Source: Gracilinanus agilis
Taxonomy: Eukaryota
DNA length: 64,000 nt
Direction of reading: 5' to 3'
Assembly: GCF_016433145.1 (NCBI RefSeq)
Contig: NC_058133.1
Coordinates: 484,435,659-484,499,658, forward strand
Shown here one piece after another: positions 24,528 through 37,030 of the stretch; position 1 is the first letter of the stretch, and each line of letters begins with the position of its first letter. The notes beneath the pieces were generated by a model. That model was not told the origin of the DNA and searched no databases. It saw only the letters and a list, made by a program, of their open reading frames with translations. A program made the translations under genes and the position numbers.

Positions 24528-25389
24528 GTAAGCTGATCTTTAAAGATGGGAAAGCTGGAGAGATGGAGAGAGATTTTCAGGTTCCTTTTCCACGGGTTGC
24601 TGGAGTCGAAGATAGATTCTTTGGTAGGGAGTGCATGCACCAAAAATTTGCTGCAGTGACAGTTGAGAAATTTTGTTCCAATGTTCATTTATTTTGTAAA
24701 AAAACGGTTTTCCTGTGAAAGCCAACACTAGAATATACAGGAAAACAGCATCATGCAAGATGATGTACGGGGCTGTTGGGGGTGGTGGCGGTGGTTATAT
24801 TGGATCTGGGTTTTAAATGCCTAAAATGTTTCAAAATAAGCAGGCATTCCTTTCAAATAGACAAAGCTATATTCTACAGTAAATGCTTTCTTAAAAACAT
24901 TCTCTACCACACACAGACACATGCACGCGGCTGCTACCTTACTGCAGAGATTTTAAAAACAGATCTATGATAGCCATTTTTTCCAGCTGGGTAAGAAAAC
25001 ATCAGAAAAGAGTATTTGCTCGGACTTAGGAGACAGGGTATATTGGAGCAAGAATGCTTTTTTAGAACACAAGCTCTGAGAAGGCATATAAGGAAGAAAG
25101 GGGGTAAAAGAAGGGGTGGGGGTGGGGTGAAGTGGGGAAAATGCAGGAGGGATATAGGAAAGAAAGTCTCCCTCAACCAGACAGCCCCAACAGCAGGCTT
25201 AAGCATTTGGACTCTAAATGAAGGGGAGCTTTGTTAGTTTAATCACTGGAACAATTATCAAAGGAGTAAACAACAAAGACAGTTATTGATCATTTTGCCT
25301 AATGCTAAAGAGACCATTACAGATTCCTCAACTGCCTTTGCAAGCTGAAAGAGTATCATTTGGGTCTCTCTGTTTGTTTCCAGGCAAAG

Positions 25390-26724
25390 ATGGAATATCA
25401 GATATTGAAAATGTCTCCCTGCCTGCTTGTCCTCCTGCTTCTCATCCCCGGCGTTCTGTGTATCTGTCCTCACCAATGTACATGCTCCGAAAAGCACAGG
25501 CGTGTGGACTGTTCAGGCAGAAACTTGACTCTCTTGCCACCTGGGCTCCAAGAGAACATTGTCCACTTAAACCTGTCTTCTAACCTCTTTACTGATCTTC
25601 ACAACCAACTCACTCAATACACCAACCTGAGGACCCTCGATGTGTCGAACAACATGCTGGAGCGCCTCCCAGAGCAGCTGCCCAGGTCACTCTGGGAAAT
25701 GTATGCCACCAACAATGCCATCAAACTTCTTGACAAGTCGGATACTGCTTATCAATGGAACCTTCAGCGCCTTGATGTTTCTCAGAATATGCTAGAAAGG
25801 GTTGTTCTCATAAAAAATACCCTCAGCAGCCTCAAGTTTCTCAACCTTAGTAGTAACAAACTCTGGACAGTCCCAACTAACATGCCTTCCAACATACAGA
25901 CGGTGGACTTATCCAACAATTCTCTGACACAAATTCTCCCAGGGACATTAGTAAAGCTGATAAATCTCACCCATCTTTACCTACACAACAATAAGTTCAC
26001 GTACATTCCTGATCGAGCCTTTGACCAGCTATCTCAGCTGCGAGTAATAACTCTGTACAACAATCGATGGGCATGCGATGACAAACAAAATGTCACTTAT
26101 TTACTGAAATGGGTATTGGAGACAACAGCAGAGGTGATTGGGTCTCCATGTTCCAATACTACAATGCCCTGGCAGAATCACACGGAACAATCTACCCTTT
26201 CTGCAATTCCCTCCAGTATGTTCACTGTCAGTAGCACACAGGCCACGGATGCCATTAGCTCCTTGGGTCTAGAAACGCAACATAAGGTGACCAAAATACC
26301 CAAACAATATCGAACAAGGGAGTCCACATTAAGTGCCACACTGAGCAAAAGTGTAGTCCTTACAAGCACTGATAAGCCTTTGGTTCTCTACCCAGAAGAC
26401 CTGCCCACGGGAAAGACAAATTCCCACGAGGCAGCAGCTGCAACACTGACCATTCACATCCAAAACGCAACGGTCTTAAACACGAGCTTCAAGAGCTCAA
26501 CAAAATCCTCCACCACTCCCATGACCCTCAGCATCACTAGTGGTATGCCAAGCAGCTTTTCCGAAATAGCTCAGCAAAGCACAACTCTTACCTTAAGGAG
26601 AGAGGAGACAACCACCAATGCTTTTAATACTCGCTTACTTTCCACAGCAAGTATTTGGAAAGTCCATGTGTCGCATGTCTTAATGATCAATATCATTGTA
26701 ATAATGATCATGCTGATTGGCTGA
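25390..26724 (+). CDS. OMG: Oligodendrocyte myelin glycoprotein (OMgp), GPI-anchored LRR protein, 444 aa
   Basis: MEYQILKMS start; LRRNT CPHQCTCSEKHRRVDCSGRNL; LRRs (LDKSDTAYQWNL, LSSNKLWTVPTNMPS); LRRCT; Ser/Thr-rich stalk (KVTKIPKQYRT, SHEAAAATLTIH); hydrophobic C-terminus. Acceptor ttccag|gcaaagATG; the TTG start at 25360 is intronic. Confidence 0.99.
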   Translation: MEYQILKMSPCLLVLLLLIPGVLCICPHQCTCSEKHRRVDCSGRNLTLLPPGLQENIVHLNLSSNLFTDLHNQLTQYTNLRTLDVSNNMLERLPEQLPRSLWEMYATNNAIKLLDKSDTAYQWNLQRLDVSQNMLERVVLIKNTLSSLKFLNLSSNKLWTVPTNMPSNIQTVDLSNNSLTQILPGTLVKLINLTHLYLHNNKFTYIPDRAFDQLSQLRVITLYNNRWACDDKQNVTYLLKWVLETTAEVIGSPCSNTTMPWQNHTEQSTLSAIPSSMFTVSSTQATDAISSLGLETQHKVTKIPKQYRTRESTLSATLSKSVVLTSTDKPLVLYPEDLPTGKTNSHEAAAATLTIHIQNATVLNTSFKSSTKSSTTPMTLSITSGMPSSFSEIAQQSTTLTLRREETTTNAFNTRLLSTASIWKVHVSHVLMINIIVIMIMLIG

Positions 26725-27091
26725 GGACCAGAATTCTCTGAAATTTAATGAAAATACTCCTCGCTCTGATGTATATTTGGAAAAACATGCTCGTATCTAA
26801 CCAGTGACTCAAAATTATATAAAACCCTCCAGAAGGCCAGTCTTGCATTTTTGACTTTGATCTTAATGGAGTAACTTTTGTCCTAAATACAAGAAGTGCA
26901 CAAATAATGTCTTGGTACTTTGCTGCTATTTTATTGTCTTAACTGAGTAAAATCTAACCTGTTAACTTTTTTTTTTTAATGAAACATTTATTTTGTATCT
27001 TAAGGCTTCATTTTCTTGCAAAAAATATAAAGCATCTGAACCTTTAATATGTATTTTATGTATGTTTTCATCATTAAACATCTGGAAAAGA

Positions 27092-27097
27092 AATAAA
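27092..27097 (+). terminator. Probable OMG polyadenylation signal
   Basis: AATAAA about 370 nt after the stop, following a U-rich 3'UTR. Confidence 0.55.
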
Positions 27098-28719
27098 AAA
27101 GTCTATACTAATGCCTGTGGGGTCTCTACTTCCTCCTCATGTCATTTTATGATCTAGAACATGAAAAAGACCTAACCATTTCATTGAACAGAAGCTATCA
27201 TTTCAGGTATCGTGGGCAAAATTTTAAGAGTTCAATGAAAAGCCCAAGTGTTTAAGTGGCTTGCCTCTAATGGAGTGATGGACTGGTCTCCCTCTGAATG
27301 GTAGTTTTTATTCCATCTTAGAGTCACCACTGCTTTATACCCCAATAATGCCCTGCTTCTGAAGGGCTCTTGGTGCCTTTACTCAGGACCTAAAGGACAA
27401 AGGCCCTCATAAGAGCAAGAGTACAGTGGGCCTGGCAACTGACAGGAAGGAAGTGAAATGGCTCTGTTTTAAGCATCTGAGCATATAAGAGTGTACTTAT
27501 AAAAGAACCCTGTGCAGGAAAACATTACCAGATCTGAAATGCAATAAATGTTAAATATTTAACAAGATCCACTAGCCCAGGTGGCAAAAAGTCTTGTGCA
27601 CCACAGCAGGAACTGATTTTTGTTGTGGGCAGGGGTATGGGTTGGGGAAGAGGGAGAGAAAGAGAGCTTTAAGAATAAATGATTGTCCGTTTGTCCAATG
27701 TGGAGAGAATTAAAGTGGGATGGGGAGCATTTACAGCATTATAACAATTTCCAGAAAGGTAACTAGACTCATAGCCATGCCTGACCTTAAACCAGATCTT
27801 TTGGAGAATTTCTCAGGAAGAAAAGGGCTTCAAAACTAATTTATACAAACATTCATTAAGCATTGATAATATGCAAGGCATTATTTAGAAACTTAGGGGA
27901 CACTTATGACAAATAAGGGCTCTCAAAGAGTTTACAGTCTAATCTAGTAATTAGGAGAAATGAGTGGGAATGGAAAATCAAATCACTTGTCAAACTATGA
28001 CAGAGACAAAGGGACTGAATTAAAAGAGGGGAGAGAGGAATGCTAAAGGAGATGGGCTAAAATAATGTAATGAATAGAGAACCTGCCTAAGAGAGCATTT
28101 TAGGTCACTTTATGGCACCTCCTGGCTGAGTGATTCTGAGTAATCTCTTGGTGGGTGATAGAATAGTTTTGTCAATTGCAGATATCTCTGGCTGGAGGGG
28201 AGTTACCTCACACCAATGAAATCAAGTCTCAGCCCACCTGGGGAAAAAAGAAAAGATGGAAGGAAGGAGGGCAAGAAAGAAAAAAGAAAAAGGATGCCTT
28301 TCTTCCAAAAGTCCCTCTGACTCAATCTCGGATCCTAATAAGAGGTAGACGTTTTCTTAGTCTGTGCTCAGTCTTAAATTCAAGCAAATGATCATAAGCT
28401 GAAAACAACTATTTAATTTAATACAGACAGTACTGTAGAGAGAAAAATGACAGGATATTTGTAAATATAGTATCCATCAACGACCCAAGAGTAATCTGAT
28501 GATCTTTTGTTAAGAAATGATACTTTTTGCATTTTGAATGGAAGGAGGCAGTGCTTGTCTGTACTTTCTTTTAAATTCTGTAGCTTTTATAATTTCTAAA
28601 AGCGAGCCTAACACTGAGGAGTCTGAATAGAATTATACTCTCCCCATAACTTCCTTTTGGGGCTAACCTCTTTGAGAAGCCATCTATAAAGGATAACTCC
28701 ATTTCTTTTCCTTACTATC

Positions 28720-30020
28720 TTAACCCTCTCTGGTCTGGCTCTCCACCTCACCATTCAACCTGAACTGCTCTCTCTACAGAGAATAATGATCTCTTAATTG
28801 CCAAATCAAATGGCTTTTCCTTGGTTTTTATTTCTTTGCTACTGGTCACACTCTTCACCTTGATACCTTCTTCTCACTAGGTTTTGTGAAACTACTTTCC
28901 TCGGTTCCTTTCCTGCTTCTTCTCAGTCACCTTTGCCAGATCTTTCTCCAGTTTTGTTTGCTGCCTGTGGGTGCCCCCAGGGCTCTTTTCTCCTCCCACA
29001 GTACTATTTTACTTGGTGATTTGATCCATGGATTCAATTGCCTTGGCTAGACTGAGCTCTCAAATTTACTCCTACAGCCCTAGTCCCTCTGCTAACTTCC
29101 AGTCTCCAGCTGCTCATCAGACACCTCAGGCCAAGCCGAATGTTCCCGCAGACATCTTAAGCTGAACAGAGCTCTCATGAACCCCTCACTTTTCTCCTCT
29201 TCTGTTGGGACCCCACCATCTTCCAGAGTCTCAGGTTGGCCCCCCAGGCGTCAGCCTCAACGGCTCATCTTCTCTGACCACCACACACAAAAGAGCATCA
29301 CGTCCTTCTCTCCTCGGACACGACGACACACCAGTACAGGACCTTCATTGCCTCACTCCAGGATTCCTCCGAGCGCTGGCTGGTGGGTTTCCCAGTCTCT
29401 CCCCATTCTGGTCCATTTTTTTGACTTGCTCTCCAAATCTTTTAAAGAGCAGGTCTGGGGGCGGCTTGGGAGCACAGTGGATAGAAAGCCAGGCCAGAGT
29501 CTGGAGGTCCTGGGTTCAAACCTGACCTCAAGACACTTTGTGGCTGCATTACTCTAGGCAAGTCACTTCGGTCTTGGGGCCAATACTTCGTATCAGTTCT
29601 AAGACAGAAGGTAAGAGTTTAAGAAAAAAAAAGTACAAGTCTGATCAAACTATGTATCTCTCAAATCCATGGCTCCACATGGAAAAGTCTCTCTCAGTCA
29701 GCTTCCACCTTATTCACCTCCACATACTCTAGGATTCCGGCTGATTGGCTTCCTTGCTGTTGATCACAAGAAACCTCTCCTGGCTCTTTGTCCCCAATGC
29801 ATGGAATTCTTTCCCTTTTCATCTCCGCCTCATGGCTGCCATCAAATCCCATCTTCTACAAGAAGCCAGTGCCTCCCTCTATGGATCATCTCCAGCTTAT
29901 CCTGTGCACTGCTTGAGTGCCTTCTCCCCATTAGACTGTGGGTGTGTCTTGAGAGCAAGAACTGCCTTCTGCCTTTCTTAGTATCCTCAGAGCTTTTCAC
30001 CCAGTAGGTGCTTAGCATGT
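28720..30020 (+). mobile_element. L2 LINE fragment interrupted by a SINE (about 29458-29631)
   Basis: L2-like text (ATGATCTCTTAATTGCCAAATC...TCAAATCCCATCTTCT...CAGTAGGTGCTT) flanks a SINE with B-box, CORE and A-tail. Confidence 0.65.
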
Positions 30021-30534
30021 GTTTACTGTTTCTATTGAACCTATAATCAAGAATGCTGACATCTTCTAAGTCTGATGTCAATGCATCCGTGTGTTTAGGA
30101 AAAGTAATGCATGTACTCCATTAAACTAAAACCTGCCATTAGCTTCAAGAACACAGAATAGGATGGATTGATTTCTAAAAGCCTAAACATGCCCATTAAG
30201 TCTTGCCTCTATTAAACAAAGGCCCTCTCTTTGTTTTCATGATAAGCTCTCAGCTCAAGTGTACAAACATTTCTGGGCCACTTAGTAAGTGGAAGGCACA
30301 ATCCTGTAAGCAGAGGGCAATGCAAGAAGATACTTTTCCTTCAAGGAATCTGTGATCTAAATAGAGCAGATGAAAAGACACAGGTCAGTCCAGCATCATG
30401 TGGGATATGTTCAGGTCAACGAGAGAGATCTCAAAGAAGGTAATGGTCCTTGGGGTAAGGTAGGAAGAAGGCATTGAGTCAGCAAAGTTCATCATATTCA
30501 GAGGCTGCAAGGCGTATCAGTGAAAAGAGAGCAA

Positions 30535-30712
30535 GGCTTGCAGATGGGAAGACCTGGGTTCAAATCCAACTTCAGATACTTCCTGGTCGTATGACCCTGG
30601 GCAAGTCACTTAATTCCAATGGCCTCATCCTTCACACTCTTATACCTTGAAAGTATTGATTCTAAGAGAGAAAGTAAGGATTCAAAAAAAAAAAAGAAAG
30701 AAAAAAAAAAGG
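30535..30712 (+). mobile_element. 5'-truncated SINE
   Basis: B-box, CORE, tail, long A-rich end. Confidence 0.8.
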
Positions 30713-31869
30713 AAATCATATTTGAGCTAGGCTTAGAACGATGGGCATCCATTCCAGGAATGACTAAGAAAATTATTCACATTTATGTAGCATCTTATAA
30801 ATTAGTTTCTCAAACCCCTTCTCTCTGGATTACTGAGAAGACTGCTGTGAAATTATATACCTTTGGATTCCACTTTGTAGAAAAGAGAAACAAGGCTCAG
30901 AGAGGCTAAATGCCTTAGGTTAAAAATAAAGGATGCTCTGCCAGTAAATGTCAAAGATGAGACTCAAATCTAGGTCTTCTGATTTCAACGTCAGTGTGCT
31001 TGAACTGCAATGCAAAGTGACTGAGAGCCTCTACAAAGTTACTTGGATTTGATGCTTCTTTTAATCCTACTCATCCCTGCTCCCTTCTCATCCTGAGCCC
31101 CTTTTCCACCTAACGTACCCAGGACTTTTCTCTAAATGCTTTGCCATTAGTAGGACTTAATTAGTCCCTCACTCTCCTCCAAAGCAAGCTCATCTTCCTT
31201 CCTCATCTCTCACACCACATGTTTTATAAAACTTCTCCTATGGAGTTCTACACTGAATTCAAAAGCATTTATTCTGAGCCAGCTATGTAAGGTCTCATAT
31301 TAGCCAATGGGCATTCAAATACTCAGAATGGAATAATCTTGTTTCCAATGAGCACAATTATTATATCAAGGGAAACAAAACCATGTAAAGAGCTACAAAG
31401 ATGCAAATAAATACCATGTAAGGCACCGGTGCCTGTGGAGGATGAAGAAAGACTTCAGGTGGGAAATAGTGCTGAGCTGCATCTTCTCAGAAAAAATATG
31501 GATTCAATTTAAAAAAAAATGGATTCAATGAGGTCAAAGTTGAGGAGGGAGATTATTCTAGGGAAGAAGAATGAAAGCAAGGAGCTGAGAGTTCTGTGGG
31601 TAAGGAACAGGTTGGATGGCTAGGTCACAGAGTATAAGAAGGGAAATAATATATAATGAAGGAAAAAAAGTTTGAGGCCAGCCTGTAAAGAACTCATTTA
31701 GATAATTCTGGAAGCTTAGGGTCCATCCATTAATACTTTATAGACTTCTTAAGCCTGACATAAGCTTTGCCAAATGACTTTTTCTTTGAAGACTATGGCA
31801 TTCTACAAAGCATTCTTCAGTTAATAGTCAAAGGATATGAATAGATAGTTCTGAGATAAAGAAATTAAA

Positions 31870-32460
31870 ATTATAGCCATATGAAGAAATGCTTCAAATC
31901 ACTACTAATTAAGAGAAATGCAAATCAAAACAACTCTGAGATATTAGCCAGAAGTGGCTAATATGACCAAAAAGGAAAATGGTAACTACTAGAGGGGATG
32001 TGTGAAAATTGGGACAGTTACTCACTGAGGGTGGAAATATGAACTGATACAACTGCTCTGGAGAACAATATAGTACCAAGCCCAAAAGATGTTAAAACTA
32101 TGCATACCGTTTGATCCAGCAATACTTCTACTGGGTCTGTATCTTAAATAGATCAGATATGGGGGAAACGATCTACTTCTACCAAAATATTTTAGCAGCT
32201 CTTTTTTGTAGTGGAAACTGAGGGGATGTCCACCAATTGAAGAATATCTAAACAAGCTATGAGATATGGTTGTAATGGAATATTTTTGAGCCTCAAGAAA
32301 TGATAAACAGGAGTTCAGAAAAACCTGTAATGATTTATATAAACTGATAAAAAGTGAAGTCAGTAGAACAGTATATATATATATATATATAACAGAAATA
32401 CTGTACAACGATCAACTGTGAAGGACTAAACTATTATCAGCAAAGCAAGGTTCCAAGATA
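31870..32460 (+). mobile_element. L1 fragment (ORF2 C-terminus plus start of 3'UTR), decayed
   Basis: AGAGAAATGCAAATCAAAACAACTCTGAGAT...TTTGATCCAGCAATAC..CTACTGGGTCTGTATC, typical of the L1 ORF2 3' end. Confidence 0.85.
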
Positions 32461-32479
32461 AAATGCTATCCATTATAAT

Positions 32480-34090
32480 TTTGATTATATTTAAATTCAA
32501 AAGGTTTTATACAAAGAAAATGCAACCAAGATTAGAAGGAAACCAGAAAGCCAGGTGAAAATTTTTGTATCAACTACCTCTGATAAAAGACTTAGTTCTC
32601 TATATATTTGAAAAGTCAAATTTATAAAAATAAATCATTCTCAAATTGATAAATGGTCAAAGAACATCAATAGGTAATTTTCAGATGAAGAAATCAAAGC
32701 CATCATAGTCATGTGAAAAAAATATTCTAAATCACTCTTGACTGGAGAAATGCAAATGAAAACAGCTCTGAGTTAACACCTCATACCTATCAGATTGGCT
32801 TATATGACAGAAAAGGAAAATGACAAATATTGGTGGGGATGTGGAAAAATTGGGACACTATTACATTGTTAGTGGAGTTGAAATCTGATCCAACCATTCT
32901 GGGGAGCAATTTGGAACTATGTCCAAAGGACTCTAAAACTGTATATACCTTCTGAACCATCAATACAATTAATAGGTCTGTATCCCAAGGAGATAAAAAA
33001 AAATGGAAAAGGACCTATTTGTACAAAAATATTTCTTGCAACTCTTTATGGTAGCAAAGAATTGAAAATAAGGGGGTTGTCTATCAACTGAGGAATGGCT
33101 GAACAAGTTGTGTTATAATAGTGATAGAATATTATTGTGCTATAAGAAATGACAAACAGGATGATTTCAGGAAAATCTGGAAAGATTTCCATGAACTGAT
33201 GCAAAGTGAGGTGAGAAGAATCCGAAGAATATTGTATGTAGTGACAGCAATAGTTTTTGATAAACAACTGTGAATAACCTAGTTATTCTAAGCAATACAT
33301 TAAGACAATCCTAGAGACTGATGATGAAAAATGCCATATGCCCTCTGAGAAAGAACTGATGGGAGTCTGAATGCAAAAGGAAATATATTATACTTAATTT
33401 TCTTTTTTTTGAGATCTTTTTTCATACCATGACAAATGCAGAAAAATGTTTTACATGATCACACATCCAAAATCTATATCAGATAGTTTACAATTTCAGG
33501 AAGGGGGCAGGGCAGGGAAAGTAACAGAAGAAGGAAATTGGAACTCAAAACTTAAAAAAAAGTTTAAAAATTTGTTTTTGTTTGTAATAAGGGAAAAATA
33601 TTAAAAAAAGAAAAATATCCACAGCCAAAGAAAGAATTGTTAGGGTGTAACTGCAGATTAAAGCAAGGCATCTTTCACTTTATTTTCTTCATGAGTTTTT
33701 TTTTTTTTTTTAAATTTTAAACCCTTAACTTCTGTGTATTGACTTATAGGTGGAAGAGTGGTAAGGGTAGGCAATGGGGGTCAAGTGACTTGCCCAGGGT
33801 CACACAGCTGGGAAGTGTCTGAGGCCGGATTTGAACCTAGGACCTCCCGTCTCTAGGCCTGGCTCTCAATCCACTGAGCTACCCAGCTGCCCCCTTCATG
33901 AGTTTTTTATTGTGTGGTATGATAAGTGTCTTCTTTCATGGCATGAGGAATATGGAAATATATATTGTATGACAGCACTGGAATAACCTATATCGACTAT
34001 TTATTGCCTCAGGGAAAGGAAAGAGAGAATCTGAATCATAAAATGTCAAAATTTGCTTCTGCATGTAACTGAAAAAAAATGTTTAGGTTA
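32480..34090 (+). mobile_element. Second L1 3' fragment (ORF2 end plus 3'UTR) carrying a young SINE insertion
   Basis: GGAGAAATGCAAATGAAAACAGCTCTGAG...GATCCAACCATTCTGGGGAGCAATTTGGAACTATG...ATGCAAAGTGAGGTGAGAAGAA. Confidence 0.85.
33696..33894 (-). mobile_element. Young full-length SINE with TSD
   Basis: TSD TTCATGAGTTTTTT at 33688-33701 and 33895-33908; close to the 4587 copy in sequence. Confidence 0.93.
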
Positions 34091-36596
34091 GGAAAAAAAA
34101 ATTCCAAGATTCCTTATCCTACACAATAGTACAACACGGATGTTGAAAAAACAAGCTATGTTTTTATTCCAAAGAAAAGTTTCGAGTCATTAAAAATCAC
34201 GCAAAACTCCCCAAATCTTACTAGTTGTTGCTATTGTTATTGAGTTGTTTGAGGCATGTCCAACTCTTCATGATCCCATTTGGGGTTTTGTTGGCAGAGA
34301 TACTGGAATGGTTTGCTATTTTTGTCTACAGTCCATTTGACAGATGAGGAAACTGAAGCAAAAAATACTCAAGGTCACAAGGCTAGGATGTATATGAGGT
34401 TGGACTTGAATTTATCCACTATGTCACTGAGCTGCCCAGTCTTAATAACACTTTAAAAAATATCCAAAAAGAGTTGTGGAGCTTCATAGATGTGTTTATT
34501 CCTTCCATCAGTCCATAGATGCCCTCCCTATGCCATAGTTTTTAGTATTCATTATTTGCTATGGGCAAAAAATATATACCACCTGCTTGACTTGGGCCTG
34601 GACACTTCAATGTTCTAGGAACAAACTCCTTCAAGCTGACTTATGGAACTCTGCCCCTCTGACCTGCCAGAGCTTTCTTCCTATTCTTTCTTTCTCTCTT
34701 GTTCAATCTCTCTTTTTCTCTGCCTTAATATATACAGTCAAGAAAACCAAAGACAATCCCTGACACCATCACATTAGGGGGCTCTAGTGACTTTGTCTCT
34801 AACCCATGCTCTATTCCTAGTTTAGGAATTTTAAAAAGAAAGAGTATTTTTAGCTTTTTGTTTTGTTTTGTTTTGTATTGAGTGAGGTCAAAATAGTCAA
34901 AAGGGGCATCTAAAAGAATTCGCTCCTGTAATTTGGCCTGGCAGGTTCCCAATGTTCTTAAAGCATCTAAGTTTGTCTTGCCAGGCCAGTTCAATTCCAA
35001 ACTGATAAACTCCCTTCACACTGAGGTAGCTATGACTAAATCTTTTACATGTGGAAGCAACGATGGGATGGAGATTAAAAACAAAAAAATGACAACAAAC
35101 GCCCATCAGTAAAGGGTCATTCCTGAAACAATGGCTTTAGCAGACAGAAGAGACCAGGAGGGTGAGTGGGGCGATCTTTCTTCTCCACTCCACCTCCTGG
35201 CTTCCTTTGCCCCTACAAGGAACCTAGTCTCCATGAGGTAAGCAGCTTATCAGTATGTGCTTTTCACTTGTTGTCTCCCACTAGTATTATGAGCTCCTTG
35301 ATGCAGAGATTGTCTTTTGTTTCTTTCTGTATTCCTGGGACAAAGTGGAGCTCAATAAATGTTAATTGATTGATTACAATGAGCTTTTACAATAGGAGCT
35401 CATGAAATATTTGTGCCATCCAGAGGGTGACTGAGAGGCACAGGAGAGGCTCATACAGTAGGTGTGAACAGCTACAACTCATGAAAAAGAAAGAATTGCA
35501 TAGGAGAATTATCATATAGGATATCTTTAACTTGAGGGGAAAGACTATAAGTGAAGAGATTAATTAAGAAGGGGGAGGGGGAAGACTACCAGACCTTACA
35601 GTGGGTCACTTAATCCCTCTGGACTACAGTTTTCTCATTTGTGAAAATGAATTGTATTAGCTAACATTCTAAATTTTATGATATTAGGAAACAGAAAAAA
35701 ACAACATCCACAATTCAGCACTGTATAAAGTAATGCCTACCCACCCCCTCCCCCCAATTTTCTTTTACATATTTGGGCTAAATCAACTTTAGGCAACCCT
35801 AGACACTGATTTTGTATTCTTTTCATCAGCTGTCTCAGATTTTAAAAGTGCATGAGCAATCCTGAGAAGGTATCACAATTTATTCTTTAATAAGCCTAAT
35901 TATTAACATAAGGTCAACCTCCCTGCAGGTATCTGTATTAGATAGTTGAAAAGGAGAGGGTGGGGGGAAGGTGTTCTGTCCCTATTAATCCTGGAGAAAT
36001 AGGGAAAAAATAAAACTGACCACCAAGGCTCTGGAGATGTTCTGTCCAGGTTTTTTTAAAGTGCTCTCCTTCATTATAAAGCCATTCCTACAGCTCAAAA
36101 GGAAGAAAGACTTAAACGGAATAAAGAAAAGAGAAAAAGGAATACAAGTGGGGAAGTGAGGCTAAAGGTTTCCATTTTGATCACACTTTACTTTATATGA
36201 GTATAGGGAAAAAACCCAGCAAATTATCACACTTAAGTCACACAGGAAACCAACTCTTGCAGTGTGGTGCTACCTCTGGAGAGTTCCCAGGGAAAGGCCA
36301 TCTCCTTCCTGACATAGAGACCTTTCAGGAAAGAAATTCTTAAGAAAACGTGTTTCAGGAATGGAAAAAACAATGTGGCTGAGTGCTAATTTGTCAGGCA
36401 AATTAGTTTGTTTGACACTCTGAAAGGTGTAATCTAAATTGAAGTCTAAGAGAAAACAACTTTATAGAACAGCACTTTGCAAAAAGGTCAGAACAGACAA
36501 ACAAAATATAGTAGAGCTGATCAAGGAATGTGGTGGGGTGAGTGTGTTGGGAGCAGGGGTGTATTCACACACTTCATAGATGTATCCATGCATCAC

Positions 36597-36598
<2 letters not shown>

Positions 36599-36642
<44 letters not shown>

Positions 36643-36668
36643 GCACGCACGCACGCACGCGCGCACAG
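36599..36668. repeat. Compound (AC)n-(ACGC)n microsatellite
   Basis: AC run followed by ACGC repeats and GCGC. Confidence 0.95.
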
Positions 36669-36794
36669 CACATTCCTCCTTCCTCAACTATCCAGAGAAA
36701 GCTGAACTAGTTTTGGACACAGTGTACCCTACAATCCAGAGTTGTTATTTATTTTTTGAAATAAGCAAATCAAGCTACTCCTGAGGATCCTTGG

Positions 36795-37030
36795 GCAGCT
36801 CTGTGGGCCAGTGGATAGAGAGCAGGACCTCGAGTTGGGAAAACTCATCTTCCTGAGTTTAAATCTGACCTCAGACACTCACTAACAGCATGACCCTAGG
36901 CAAGACATTTAACCTTGATTTTGTCAAAGGAGCAGGAAAAGATCTTGGGAAACCACACCATTATCTATGTCAAGAAAGCCCCAGATGGGGTCACAAAGAG
37001 GGGGGCACTCCTGAAAAACAAGTAAACAAC
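36795..37030 (+). mobile_element. MAR1-type CORE SINE with RTE-like tail
   Basis: CORE segment plus GGAAACCACACCATTATCTATGTCAAGAAAGCCCCAGATGGGGTCACAAAGAG tail. Confidence 0.75.
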
